In this document: in pieces, positions 46,890-56,289 of the stretch
Position numbering within the stretch: the stretch's first letter is position 1
Layout: every line of letters starts with the position of its first letter
Origin: an uncultured Actinomycetota bacterium
Lineage (GTDB): Bacteria; Actinomycetota; Actinomycetes; Mycobacteriales; Mycobacteriaceae
NCBI GenBank assembly: GCA_963703795.1
Contig: CAVPFT010000063.1
Coordinates: 116,047 to 180,046, forward strand
Direction: 5' to 3'
DNA: 64,000 nucleotides
The notes under the pieces: model-generated
The model's database searches: none
What the model was told of the DNA's origin: nothing
Seen by the model: only the letters and a program-made list of their open reading frames with translations
Program-made: the position numbers and the translations under genes

Positions 46890-46931
46890 TTTGTCCGCCT
46901 CACAGCGACTTGTCGCTTAGAGGTGGACAAA
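46890..46931. repeat. Palindromic repeat/hairpin between convergent genes; a half-copy lies at 21724-21747
   Basis: TTTGTCCGCCTCACAGCGAC-TT-GTCGCTTAGAGGTGGACAAA. Confidence 0.7.
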
Positions 46932-46978
46932 TCGGCGATCCCGCCCGTCTCCCGCCGAGACTCCTGCGGCGGGTGTGG

Positions 46979-47599
46979 TTAAGGCTGCGAGCCGGCGAGC
47001 GTTCTAACTGCCGGCACTAGCAGCCTCAGCGCTCGACCGCGGTGTGAGACCGCATCCTTCTCCGCCGGGCTGAGCTGCGCCGCGGTGCGCCCCCCGACAT
47101 CGGGGCCGTCCGGAACGAAGACCGGGTCGTAGCCGAACCCACCGTCTCCGCGTGGCCCGCGGGCGATCGTGCCGGGCCACTCGCCGCGGACGACGACCTC
47201 GCCGGCCGCCGAGACGAGCGCGCAGGCGGACACGAACGCCGCGCCGCGGCGCTCGTCGGGGACGTCACGCAACTGCGCCAGCAGCAGCGCCGTGTTGCCG
47301 GCGTCGTCGCCGTGGTTGCCCGACCAGCGCGCCGACAGCACGCCGGGCATGCCGCCCAGCGCGGCCACCTCCAGACCGGAGTCGTCGGCCACACTGGGCA
47401 GACCCGTCGCGGCGAACGCGTCCCGTGCCTTGGCCAACGCGTTGTCCTCGAACGTTGCGCCGGTTTCGGGCGCGTCGTCGAACGGCGCGATGTCGTTGAG
47501 CGACACCAGCGTCAAGCCCGACACGGCGGCGCCGTCCAGCACCCGGCGCAGTTCGGCCAGCTTCTTGGGATTGCGGCTGGCGACCAAAAGCCGGGTCAG
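46979..47599 (-). CDS. rdgB: Non-canonical purine NTP pyrophosphatase (Rv1341 ortholog)
   Basis: ASRNPKK, ENA-like DNALAK, DDSG, GFGYDP, SHRG; start uncertain (CTG at 47599 overlapping the rph stop, or TTG at 47587). Confidence 0.92.
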   Translation of the reverse strand: MTRLLVASRNPKKLAELRRVLDGAAVSGLTLVSLNDIAPFDDAPETGATFEDNALAKARDAFAATGLPSVADDSGLEVAALGGMPGVLSARWSGNHGDDAGNTALLLAQLRDVPDERRGAAFVSACALVSAAGEVVVRGEWPGTIARGPRGDGGFGYDPVFVPDGPDVGGRTAAQLSPAEKDAVSHRGRALRLLVPAVRTLAGSQP

Positions 47600-48375
47600 C
47601 TGCCGAACGCCTTAGGCGATGGAGGTCCGTCCGGCAGCACACCCGGGTAAGGCAGCTCCAACGCCTCGCGCTGCGCGGCGAACAATTCGTCACACGCGCT
47701 CAGCGCCAAGTCGAGCAACTTGTCCAGCGTCGAACGCGGGAACGTCGCGCCCTCGCCGGTTCCCTGGACCTCCACCAGGGTCCCGGTGTCGGTCGCGACG
47801 ACGTTCATGTCGACCTCGGCGCGCGAGTCTTCGTCATAGGGCAGGTCCACCCGGATCCTGCCGTCGACGACCCCGACGCTGACCGCCGCGATGGCACAGG
47901 ACAGCGGCCGCGGGTCCGAAAGCTTGCCCGCCGCCGACAGGTAGGTCGTCGCGTCGGCCAACGCTACGTAGGCGCCCGTGATGGCCGCGGTGCGCGTGCC
48001 GCCGTCGGCCTGCAATACGTCGCAGTCGACGGCAATTGTGTTCTCCCCCAATGCCCGCAGGTCGATGCATGCCCGCAACGACCGGCCGATCAGCCGGCTG
48101 ATCTCCTGGGTACGTCCGCTGAGCCGGCCTCTCACCGATTCGCGGTCGGAGCGAGTGTGGGTGGCCGACGGCAGCATCGCGTATTCCGCGGTCAGCCACC
48201 CCAGTCCCGACCCCTTGCGCCACCGCGGTACCCCCTCGGTAACGCTGGCAGTGCACAAGACCTTGGTGTGACCGAATTCGATCAGCACCGAACCCGCTGG
48301 GTGGTCGGTAAACCCGCGGGTGATGACTACGGGGCGAAGCTCGTCGTCAAGGCGGCCGTCTTCTCGTTTGGACAC
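47596..48375 (-). CDS. rph: Ribonuclease PH
   Basis: [43 protein letters not shown]. Confidence 0.97.
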   Translation of the reverse strand: MSKREDGRLDDELRPVVITRGFTDHPAGSVLIEFGHTKVLCTASVTEGVPRWRKGSGLGWLTAEYAMLPSATHTRSDRESVRGRLSGRTQEISRLIGRSLRACIDLRALGENTIAVDCDVLQADGGTRTAAITGAYVALADATTYLSAAGKLSDPRPLSCAIAAVSVGVVDGRIRVDLPYDEDSRAEVDMNVVATDTGTLVEVQGTGEGATFPRSTLDKLLDLALSACDELFAAQREALELPYPGVLPDGPPSPKAFGS

Positions 48376-48408
48376 CCAGCAACCCTAACCAACCCCAGCC
48401 CGGTTAGC

Positions 48409-49185
48409 TCAGACCCTTTCGGAGCGGCGGACGTCGAACGTCTCACCGCACACGACCGCGTGCACGGGACCGTCGAACTCGGCCTTGGCCTCGCTGATCA
48501 CGTCCTCACGCGAAGTCCACGGCGGAATATGCGTCAGCAGCAGCTCACGCACGCCCGCCTGGGCCGCGACCCTGCCGGCCTCCGTGCCCGAGAGGTGTAG
48601 AGCGGGCGGACGATCCGGCGCATGCGTCCAGGAGGCCTCGCAGAGGAAAACGTCGGCGTCACGAGCCAGCTCGATGAGCTGATCACAGACGCCCGTGTCG
48701 CCGCTGTAGACAAACGACGCGCCGCTGGGGTCGGTGACCCTCATGCCGTAGGACTCGGTCGGGTGCGCGACCACCCGCGGCACCACCGTGAGCGTGCCGA
48801 ACATCACCGGCTCGCCGTCGACCCAGTGATGGACGTCGAAGATGTCTGAGCAATCGTCGATCTCCCCGCCATAGGGTGACGACGCCGCCCCCAACCGAGA
48901 CCAGGTGTCGCTCGGCCCGTACAACAACGACTTACCCTGCGGGCGCGACGGATGGTAGCGACGCCAGACGAACAGTCCCGGCATATCCAGACAATGGTCG
49001 GCGTGCAGGTGAGACAACAGCACGCACACGGAGCCGGGGTCGGCGTATCGCTGCAGCGCGCCCAGTACACCCCCGCCGAAGTCGAGAACCAGCGGCGGGG
49101 TATCCGGTGCGCGAAGCAGATAACCCGATGCAGGCGAATCCGGACCGACCACGCTGCCTGAGCAGCCGAGCACGGTTATTCGCAC
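48409..49185 (-). CDS. Metallo-beta-lactamase-fold cyclic-nucleotide phosphodiesterase (Rv1339 ortholog)
   Basis: ITVLGCSGS, SHLHADH, YSGDTG, LLLTH; position between murI and rph. Confidence 0.9.
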   Translation of the reverse strand: MRITVLGCSGSVVGPDSPASGYLLRAPDTPPLVLDFGGGVLGALQRYADPGSVCVLLSHLHADHCLDMPGLFVWRRYHPSRPQGKSLLYGPSDTWSRLGAASSPYGGEIDDCSDIFDVHHWVDGEPVMFGTLTVVPRVVAHPTESYGMRVTDPSGASFVYSGDTGVCDQLIELARDADVFLCEASWTHAPDRPPALHLSGTEAGRVAAQAGVRELLLTHIPPWTSREDVISEAKAEFDGPVHAVVCGETFDVRRSERV

Positions 49186-49263
49186 GATCACTACTTTGCC
49201 ATGCCCAGTAGCAGGATGGAGAAAACATTGCCGCTTTGGTGTGATGAGAATCTGCGTTCGCAT

Positions 49264-50094
49264 CTAATGGACACGAGTATGACGGCGCACTGGTTTAACG
49301 CCGGTCACGGCGGGGCCGAGGAACCGCGCCGCCAGCTTGATGAACGCTTCGGGGTCGCCGGTGGCCTCGAATACCCGGGAGGGCGGGACGGCGTCGGGAT
49401 CATCCGGGTGCGGACGCAGCAGGTCCCGCTCGGTGAGCACCCGAAGCACTTCCTTGGCGGTTTCCTCGGCGCTCGAAACCAGCGTCACGTTGTCGCCCAT
49501 CGCCAGCTGGATCAGCCCGGACAGCAGGGGATAGTGCGTGCACCCCAGCACCAGCGTGTCGACCTGCGCGCGCTGCAGCGGCTCCAGATAGCCCTCGGCC
49601 AGTCCGAGCACCTGGCGACCGCTGGTCACGCCGCGCTCGACGAAGTCGACGAACCGCGGACAGGCCACCGCCGTGATCTCCGTGTCACGCGCGGCGGCGA
49701 ACGCGTCCTGATAGGCGTGCGAAGCGATGGTCGCCTGCGTGCCGATGACGCCGATACGGCCGTTGCGCGTGGTGGCGGCCGCGCGGCGCACCGCCGGCAA
49801 GATCACCTCGACGACGGGCACGTCGTAGCGCTCCCGGGCATCCCGCAGGCATGCCGCGGACGCCGTGTTGCACGCGATCACCAACGCCTTGACGCCGCGG
49901 TCGACCAGGTCGTCACCGATCGCCAGGGCGTGCGCGCGGACCTCGGAGATGGTGAGCGGACCGTAGGGACCGTTGGCGGTGTCGCCGACGTAGATGATGT
50001 CCTCGTCGGGCAGTTGGTCGATGATCGCCCGCGCGACGGTCAGTCCCCCGACGCCGGAGTCGAAGACCCCGACGGGCGCTAGTGGCGAGCTCAT
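49264..50094 (-). CDS. murI: Glutamate racemase
   Basis: [24 protein letters not shown]; start 50094. Confidence 0.97.
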   Translation of the reverse strand: MSSPLAPVGVFDSGVGGLTVARAIIDQLPDEDIIYVGDTANGPYGPLTISEVRAHALAIGDDLVDRGVKALVIACNTASAACLRDARERYDVPVVEVILPAVRRAAATTRNGRIGVIGTQATIASHAYQDAFAAARDTEITAVACPRFVDFVERGVTSGRQVLGLAEGYLEPLQRAQVDTLVLGCTHYPLLSGLIQLAMGDNVTLVSSAEETAKEVLRVLTERDLLRPHPDDPDAVPPSRVFEATGDPEAFIKLAARFLGPAVTGVKPVRRHTRVH

Positions 50095-50771
50095 GTCTTG
50101 GCGTTCCGTGTTCCGGTTTTCCTCGCCGCGCGGGCCTTGCGTTCGGGAGCGGACAACAGATACGCCGCCACGATGCCGGCGAGGGCACCACACAAATGGC
50201 CCTGCCACGACACGCCGCCGCATTGGTGGAGTACCGGCATGGCTTCGAGCAGGACGCCGCCGTAAACGAACAACACGACCAGTCCGATGACGATGTCGGT
50301 AAACCTGCGCACGAATATCCCGAACACCAGTAGAAACGCCAGCCAGCCGAAGATCAGGCCAGAGGCCCCGATGTGGTCGGTAGGGCCGCAGCTGCTGCCC
50401 ACGTTCCCAATGAGCCAGGTGCCAAAGCCGCCCAGAATCCACACGATCGCGGTGGCCCAGACGAACCGAGACAATCCCGACAGCGTCATCAGAAACCCCA
50501 GCACCAGCAGCGGGACTGTATTGGCCATCAGGTGCTGCCAGTTGGCATGCAGAACCGGCGCAAAGATGATCCCCCACAGGCCGTCGGTTGTGTCCGGCCT
50601 GATCCCGTTGGCATCCAGCTTGCCGCCCATCAGCTGGTCGATGAGCTCGACAAGGTAAAGCAGGGCCACGAAGGTGAGAATCGTGGCCCCGCCCACCATC
50701 CACATGGGCCGTTTTTTCGATTGTGTTGTCGGCTGGCGGCCCTGATGTCTCATCGGCCCGGTCATGCCCAT
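50091..50771 (-). CDS. Rhomboid intramembrane serine protease (Rv1337 ortholog)
   Basis: [25 protein letters not shown]. Confidence 0.93.
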   Translation of the reverse strand: MGMTGPMRHQGRQPTTQSKKRPMWMVGGATILTFVALLYLVELIDQLMGGKLDANGIRPDTTDGLWGIIFAPVLHANWQHLMANTVPLLVLGFLMTLSGLSRFVWATAIVWILGGFGTWLIGNVGSSCGPTDHIGASGLIFGWLAFLLVFGIFVRRFTDIVIGLVVLFVYGGVLLEAMPVLHQCGGVSWQGHLCGALAGIVAAYLLSAPERKARAARKTGTRNAKT

Positions 50772-50836
50772 AGCTGCCCTTCTAGAGCGGTTTCGGCATC
50801 ATCCAGGCTACCGGCACAGGCGCAGGCGGACTCTTG

Positions 50837-51883
50837 TCAGCCGAATGCCCCGGGCAACATGTCGCGGTAGGTCGGTATTCCGGCCACCGATTCGGCGGCG
50901 AGCACCCCGGCCAGAACCGCACGGGCCAGGCAATCGGCCGCGGCGATACCCACCTCGGTCACCAGCCCCGTCTCGGGCGAGAACGCGGCGGGCACCGAGT
51001 TGGAATTGGCTCCCGGCGCTACCTCAATCGCCCCGGTGGCCAGCGCGAACACCGTGTCGCCGTCCAACGGGGTATGGGCCGGCCGGATCGTGCGGGCGAG
51101 GCCGTCGTGAGCGGCGATCGCGACGCGCCTGCACCCGGCCCGGCTCAGCGCGGCGTCGGTCGCCACCACCGCGATCGTGGTGTTCAGCGGGCTCAGCGGG
51201 GACGGCAACCGCGTGAACGCGTCGATCTGCTCGGCCGGCGGCCCCGTCAGCGCGAACTCTTCGATCAGGTCCGCCGTCCAGGGCAGACCGGTGGCCCGGT
51301 CGACGACGTCGCCCGCGGAGTTCACCGCGACGACCGCGCCGACGGTGACGCCAGGAGCCGCCGGTGTCGTCAAAGTCGTCGACGCCGTCCCGATGCCACC
51401 CTTGAGCACCCCGGCTCGCGCGCCCACCCCGGCGCCGACGGTCCCGACGGCCATGACGTCACCTCGCGCGGCGGCCTCGCAGGCCGCGTGGCCGAACTCA
51501 GCCGTCGGCCGGCGGTCCCAGCCACCGACCGGCAGGTCGAAGATCACGGCACCCGGCACGATGGGCACCACGCCGCCATCCATGCCCACGCCACGTTCGT
51601 GCTCCTCCAGCCAGCGCATGACGCCGTCCGCGGCCGCGAGACCGTACGCGCTGCCGCCGGCCAGTAACACCGCGTCGACGAACCGCACGGTGTTGGCCGG
51701 GTCGAGCAGATCGGTCTCTCGGGTGCCGGGCGCGCCGCCACGGCAATCGACGCCGCAGACGGTCCCGGGCGGCGTCAGCACGACCGTTACGCCGCAGGCC
51801 CAACCCGCGCCCAACGACGCGTCGGGGTCCAGTCTGTGGTGGTGGCCGACGCGGATACCCCCGACGTCGGTGATGGAGCTCAT
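50837..51883 (-). CDS. Peptidase S58/DmpA (P1) family hydrolase (Rv1333 ortholog)
   Basis: ITDVGGIRVGH, RGGAPGTRETD, GGSAYGL, NTTI, DGDTVF. Confidence 0.92.
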   Translation of the reverse strand: MSSITDVGGIRVGHHHRLDPDASLGAGWACGVTVVLTPPGTVCGVDCRGGAPGTRETDLLDPANTVRFVDAVLLAGGSAYGLAAADGVMRWLEEHERGVGMDGGVVPIVPGAVIFDLPVGGWDRRPTAEFGHAACEAAARGDVMAVGTVGAGVGARAGVLKGGIGTASTTLTTPAAPGVTVGAVVAVNSAGDVVDRATGLPWTADLIEEFALTGPPAEQIDAFTRLPSPLSPLNTTIAVVATDAALSRAGCRRVAIAAHDGLARTIRPAHTPLDGDTVFALATGAIEVAPGANSNSVPAAFSPETGLVTEVGIAAADCLARAVLAGVLAAESVAGIPTYRDMLPGAFG

Positions 51884-51893
51884 CCGGCCGCCA

Positions 51894-52481
51894 TCACGAT
51901 CGATCACGCCCCATCAACGCCAGGACCAGGTATTCCTGCAGCACGGTCAGCCATTGGTAAACGTCGAAGTGCACGGCCAGCGGATGGTCTCCCGGCAGGC
52001 GCTCCGGCCCCTCCGGACCGATTTCGAGCATGACCCCCAGGGTCAACCGAATGTCGTTGACGGCCGCGATCCAGGCATTCGCTTCTTCTTCGGTCAGCTC
52101 GAAACGGCCGCCGTCGTCCGGAACCGTGTCCAATAACCGCTGTGCCGCAACGCGTTTGGCGTCTATGATCTCTAGCTCGTGCAGGCCGCGCAGCGCGGCG
52201 TTGAGCCCCTCGAAGGTGTCATCGCCCAATGGGTCGTCATCGGCCGGCTTGTGGAAATCCGGCAGCAGTCGACGCAGCATCGGATCGCTCGGGGGTTGCG
52301 CGTTTCCGGTCTTTATGCCGGTGATCTCCTCGAGTTCGTCCGGCGGCGCGGAAGATTCGCGCTCGTCGAGCAAGCCGACCATCGCGCTGACGAGGTTCTT
52401 GAGCAGCGCAGCCTCATGGGAAGCCAACGCGGACCGAAAACGGGGACCGTTGGCGGTCTCGACGCGCTTCCATTTGCGCAC
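51894..52481 (-). CDS. aosR: DUF2017 protein / oxidative-stress regulator AosR (Rv1332 ortholog)
   Basis: MRKWKRV.T..GPRF, RRLLPDF, NDIRL.LG, YQWLT; downstream of clpS. Confidence 0.82.
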   Translation of the reverse strand: MRKWKRVETANGPRFRSALASHEAALLKNLVSAMVGLLDERESSAPPDELEEITGIKTGNAQPPSDPMLRRLLPDFHKPADDDPLGDDTFEGLNAALRGLHELEIIDAKRVAAQRLLDTVPDDGGRFELTEEEANAWIAAVNDIRLTLGVMLEIGPEGPERLPGDHPLAVHFDVYQWLTVLQEYLVLALMGRDRS

Positions 52482-52506
52482 AAGGAGTCCCGGGCGGCCT
52501 CGGGTC

Positions 52507-52812
52507 TCACCGGTCCTGCTGCATGGTCGCCCACAAACCGGCAGCGTGCAGCTTGGACACGTCGACTTCCATGGATTCCCGGCTGCCGGCGGACACCACT
52601 GCCTTGCCTTCGTTGTGGACCTGCAGCATCAGCTTGGTGGCGTGCGGCTCGCTGTAACCGAACAACCTCTGGAAGACATAGGTCACATAGGTCATCAGGT
52701 TGACGGGGTCATCCCACACGATGGTGACCCACGGACTGGCCGCGACGTAAACAGGATCGCGCTCGCGCTGTCCGGTAGTGCCGGGCTTAGTGGGCGCCGA
52801 CATAACAACCAT
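52507..52812 (-). CDS. clpS: Clp protease adaptor ClpS
   Basis: [32 protein letters not shown]. Confidence 0.95.
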   Translation of the reverse strand: MVVMSAPTKPGTTGQRERDPVYVAASPWVTIVWDDPVNLMTYVTYVFQRLFGYSEPHATKLMLQVHNEGKAVVSAGSRESMEVDVSKLHAAGLWATMQQDR

Positions 52813-52867
52813 GGCCCCTAGGATAGCGAGCGTCGGGTCGGCCGCTGTGAACCGTTACCGTTGCGGA

Positions 52868-54184
52868 ATGAACGACCCGGTATTAGCTGGGCTGCTAACC
52901 GACAAATACGAGTTGACCATGTTGGCGGCGGCGCTGCGCGACGGCACCGCGGATCGCTGGACCACGTTCGAACTGTTCGCACGCCGGCTCCCCGATGGCC
53001 GTCGTTACGGAGTAGTCGCCGGAACCGGGCGGCTGCTGGAAACGTTGCCGCAGTTCAGGTTCGACGACGACGCGTGCCGATTGCTGGAGCAGTTCCTCGA
53101 CCCGGACACGTTGGCTTACCTACGCGATTTCCGGTTCGCCGGCGACATCGACGGCTACGCCGAAGGCGAGCTGTACTTTCCCGGGTCGCCGATACTTTCG
53201 GTGAGTGGCAGCTTCGCCGAATGCGTGGTGCTCGAGACGCTGGCATTGTCGATCTTCAATCACGACACGGCGGTCGCCTCCGCGGCGGCGCGCATGGTCG
53301 GCGCCGCCGGGGAACGCCCGCTGATCGAGATGGGGTCACGCCGGACCCACGAGCGCGCGGCGGTCGCGGCGGCTCGAGCCGCCTATATCGCCGGCTTCGC
53401 CGCATCCTCGAACCTGGAGGCCCAGCGGAGATACGGAATACCCGCGGAGGGCACCTCCGCACACGCGTTCACCATGCTGCACGCTCGGCGAGACGGTCCC
53501 CCCGAAACGACCGAACTGGCTGCGTTTCGTGCCCAGGTCGACGCGCTGGGTGTCGACACCACACTGCTGGTGGACACCTATGACGTGACGACCGGCGTGG
53601 CCAACGCGGTGGCCGCCGCCGGTACCGGGCTTGGCGCGGTCCGCATCGACTCCGGCGAGCTGGGCGTGCTGGCCCGCCAGGTGCGCGAGCAGCTGGACCG
53701 GCTTGGGGCCACCAAGACCCGCATCGTGGTGTCCGGCGATCTTGATGAGTTCTCCATCGCGGCGTTGCGCGCCGAACCGGTGGATAGCTACGGCATCGGC
53801 ACGTCGCTGGTGACCGGCTCGGGCGCCCCGACCGCGAACATGGTCTACAAACTGGTCGAAGTGGACGGCATCCCGGTACAGAAGCGCAGTACCCACAAGG
53901 AATCCAGCGGCGGTCACAAAGAGGCGCTGCGCCTGTCACGGCCCACCGGCACCGTCACGGAGGAGGTTGTGCATCCGGCTGGCCGCCCGCCCGACACCGC
54001 CGAACCGTCGCGGGTGTTGACCGTCCCGCTGGTGCGCGGCGGCCAATCCGTCGCCGGCGCCGGGGACGGCGACCTGGCGGCCGCGCGGAAGCTGGTCGCA
54101 TCCGGGCTGCGCAGCCTGCCGTGGGAGGGTCTGAACTTGTCCCACGGGGAGCCCGCGATCCCGACCACGCATATCCCGGCCTGA
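52868..54184 (+). CDS. pncB1: Nicotinate phosphoribosyltransferase (Rv1330c ortholog)
   Basis: LLTDKYELTM, EMGSRR, GTSAH, LVDTYD, VRIDSG, VYKLV; start uncertain (52847 or 52868). Confidence 0.93.
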   Translation: MNDPVLAGLLTDKYELTMLAAALRDGTADRWTTFELFARRLPDGRRYGVVAGTGRLLETLPQFRFDDDACRLLEQFLDPDTLAYLRDFRFAGDIDGYAEGELYFPGSPILSVSGSFAECVVLETLALSIFNHDTAVASAAARMVGAAGERPLIEMGSRRTHERAAVAAARAAYIAGFAASSNLEAQRRYGIPAEGTSAHAFTMLHARRDGPPETTELAAFRAQVDALGVDTTLLVDTYDVTTGVANAVAAAGTGLGAVRIDSGELGVLARQVREQLDRLGATKTRIVVSGDLDEFSIAALRAEPVDSYGIGTSLVTGSGAPTANMVYKLVEVDGIPVQKRSTHKESSGGHKEALRLSRPTGTVTEEVVHPAGRPPDTAEPSRVLTVPLVRGGQSVAGAGDGDLAAARKLVASGLRSLPWEGLNLSHGEPAIPTTHIPA

Positions 54185-54237
54185 GCTATATCTTCGAGGT
54201 ACCTCAGGGCCCAACCAAGGGAGTAACGACGTCCGAC

Positions 54238-56289
54238 GTGTCCGTGCCGGAGCTCCTGGCCATCGCCGTGGCCGCGCTTGGCGGCAGCGATCGAAGCGGC
54301 CAGCAGGAGATGGCCGCCGCGGTCGCGCGGGCGTTCGAAACCGGTGAGCATCTCGTGGTGCAGGCCGGCACCGGCACCGGCAAGTCGCTCGCGTATTTGA
54401 TTCCCGCGATTGTCCGCTCGCTCGGCGACGAGTCGCCCGTCGTCGTATCGACGGCGACCATCGCACTGCAGCGCCAACTCGTCGATCGCGATCTGCCCCG
54501 CCTGGCCGATTCGCTCGCCGATGCGCTGCCCCGCCGCCCGCGGTTCGCACTGCTGAAAGGGCGACGAAACTACTTGTGCTTGAACAAGATCCACAACGGA
54601 GGTGCCGCCGACGACGAAGGCGGTGACGGGCCGCAGGAAGAACTCTTCGACGCCATGGCGGTTACCGCCTTGGGTCGCGACGTACAACGGCTCACGGCCT
54701 GGGCGTCGACGACCGATTCCGGCGACCGCGACGACCTGAAGCCCGGTGTAGCCGACCGATCCTGGTCCCAGGTCAGCGTCTCCGCTCGGGAATGCCTCGG
54801 CGTGGCTCGCTGCCCGTTCGGCTCCGAGTGCTTCTCCGAACGAGCGAGAGGGGACGCCGGCCGGGCCGACGTTGTCGTCACCAATCACGCGCTGTTGGCC
54901 ATCGACGCCGTCGCCGAATCGGCGGTGCTGCCGGAACACGCGCTGCTGGTGGTAGACGAGGCGCACGAGTTGGCCGACCGGGTGACGTCGGTGGCCACCG
55001 CGGAGCTGACATCGGCCGCCCTCGGCGTCGTGTCGCGGCGGATCACCCGATTGGTGGATCCGGAACTGACCGAGCGGCTGGAAGCGACGACCGCCAACTT
55101 CGCCGCGGCGATCCATGACGCCACGCCGGGCCGCGTCGATCACCTCGACGACGAGATGGCGACCTACCTGACGGCGCTGCGCGACGTGGCCGCCGCGGCA
55201 CGGTCGGCCATCGACACCACCAGCGACGCCAGGGCGGCGGCGGCGCGGGCCGAAGCGGTCGCGGCACTGAGCGAGATATCCGACACCGCGTCGCGGATCC
55301 TGGCATCGTTCGCCCCCGCCATCCCCGACCGCACCGACGTGGCCTGGCTCGAGCACGAGGACATCCGGGGTTCGCCGCGCCCCGTGTTGCGGGTGGCGCC
55401 GCTATCGGTCGCCGGATTGCTGTGCGACCAGGTGTTCGGCCGTTCGACCACGGTGTTGACGTCGGCGACGCTGTCAATCGGCGGGTCCTTCGACGCGATG
55501 GCCGCGGCGTGGGGCCTGACCGGATCGGACGCCGGTGACGATCCGCGACGCCCCGCGACGATGCCGGTCACGCAGAGGCGGGAGGAGAAGCCGGGCCATC
55601 TGAGGTGGCGGGGGCTCGACGTCGGGTCGCCGTTTCAGCACGCCAAGGCGGGAATCCTCTATGTGGCCGCCCACCTGCCGCCGCCGGGCCGCGACGGCAC
55701 CGGCTCCGCCGAGCAGCTGACCGAGATCGCCGAGCTCATCACCGCCGCCGGCGGGCGCACCCTGGGGCTGTTCTCGTCGATGCGGGCCGCCCGGGCCGCG
55801 GCCGAGGCCATGCGCGAACGGCTGTCGACACCGGTGTTGTGTCAGGGCGACGACAGCACCTCCGCACTGGTCGAGCAGTTCAGCGCCGACGAGGAGACCT
55901 CGCTGTTCGGCACCCTGTCGCTGTGGCAGGGCGTTGATGTTCCGGGCCCGTCGCTGTCGCTGGTCCTGATCGACCGGATCCCGTTTCCCCGGCCCGACGA
56001 TCCATTGCTGGGCGCACGGCAGCGCGCGGTCGCCGCGCGCGGCGGCAATGGATTCATGGCGGTTGCCGCGAGCCATGCGGCCCTCTTGTTGGCGCAAGGG
56101 TCGGGACGGTTGTTGCGTCGTGTCACCGACCGCGGCGTGGTTGCGGTGCTCGACTCGCGGATGGCCACCGCCCGCTACGGCGGTTACCTGCGCGCGTCGC
56201 TGCCACCGTTTTGGCAGACCACCGACGCGGCGCAGGTCCGCGGGGCGCTGGAGCGGCTGCGCACCGCCCCAGAGCCTAAGCCAGGGTGA
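54238..56289 (+). CDS. dinG: ATP-dependent DNA helicase DinG (Rv1329c ortholog)
   Basis: QAGTGTGKS, NYLCL plus further Cys (Fe-S), DEAH, LTSATL, WQGVDVPG, QGSGRLLR. Confidence 0.95.
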   Translation: MSVPELLAIAVAALGGSDRSGQQEMAAAVARAFETGEHLVVQAGTGTGKSLAYLIPAIVRSLGDESPVVVSTATIALQRQLVDRDLPRLADSLADALPRRPRFALLKGRRNYLCLNKIHNGGAADDEGGDGPQEELFDAMAVTALGRDVQRLTAWASTTDSGDRDDLKPGVADRSWSQVSVSARECLGVARCPFGSECFSERARGDAGRADVVVTNHALLAIDAVAESAVLPEHALLVVDEAHELADRVTSVATAELTSAALGVVSRRITRLVDPELTERLEATTANFAAAIHDATPGRVDHLDDEMATYLTALRDVAAAARSAIDTTSDARAAAARAEAVAALSEISDTASRILASFAPAIPDRTDVAWLEHEDIRGSPRPVLRVAPLSVAGLLCDQVFGRSTTVLTSATLSIGGSFDAMAAAWGLTGSDAGDDPRRPATMPVTQRREEKPGHLRWRGLDVGSPFQHAKAGILYVAAHLPPPGRDGTGSAEQLTEIAELITAAGGRTLGLFSSMRAARAAAEAMRERLSTPVLCQGDDSTSALVEQFSADEETSLFGTLSLWQGVDVPGPSLSLVLIDRIPFPRPDDPLLGARQRAVAARGGNGFMAVAASHAALLLAQGSGRLLRRVTDRGVVAVLDSRMATARYGGYLRASLPPFWQTTDAAQVRGALERLRTAPEPKPG

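Noticed and set aside
50095-50703. Long N-terminal extension of MurI (479-aa ORF)
   Set aside because: It overlaps the rhomboid gene in another frame; the ATGA-coupled start at 50094 gives a normal-length MurI.
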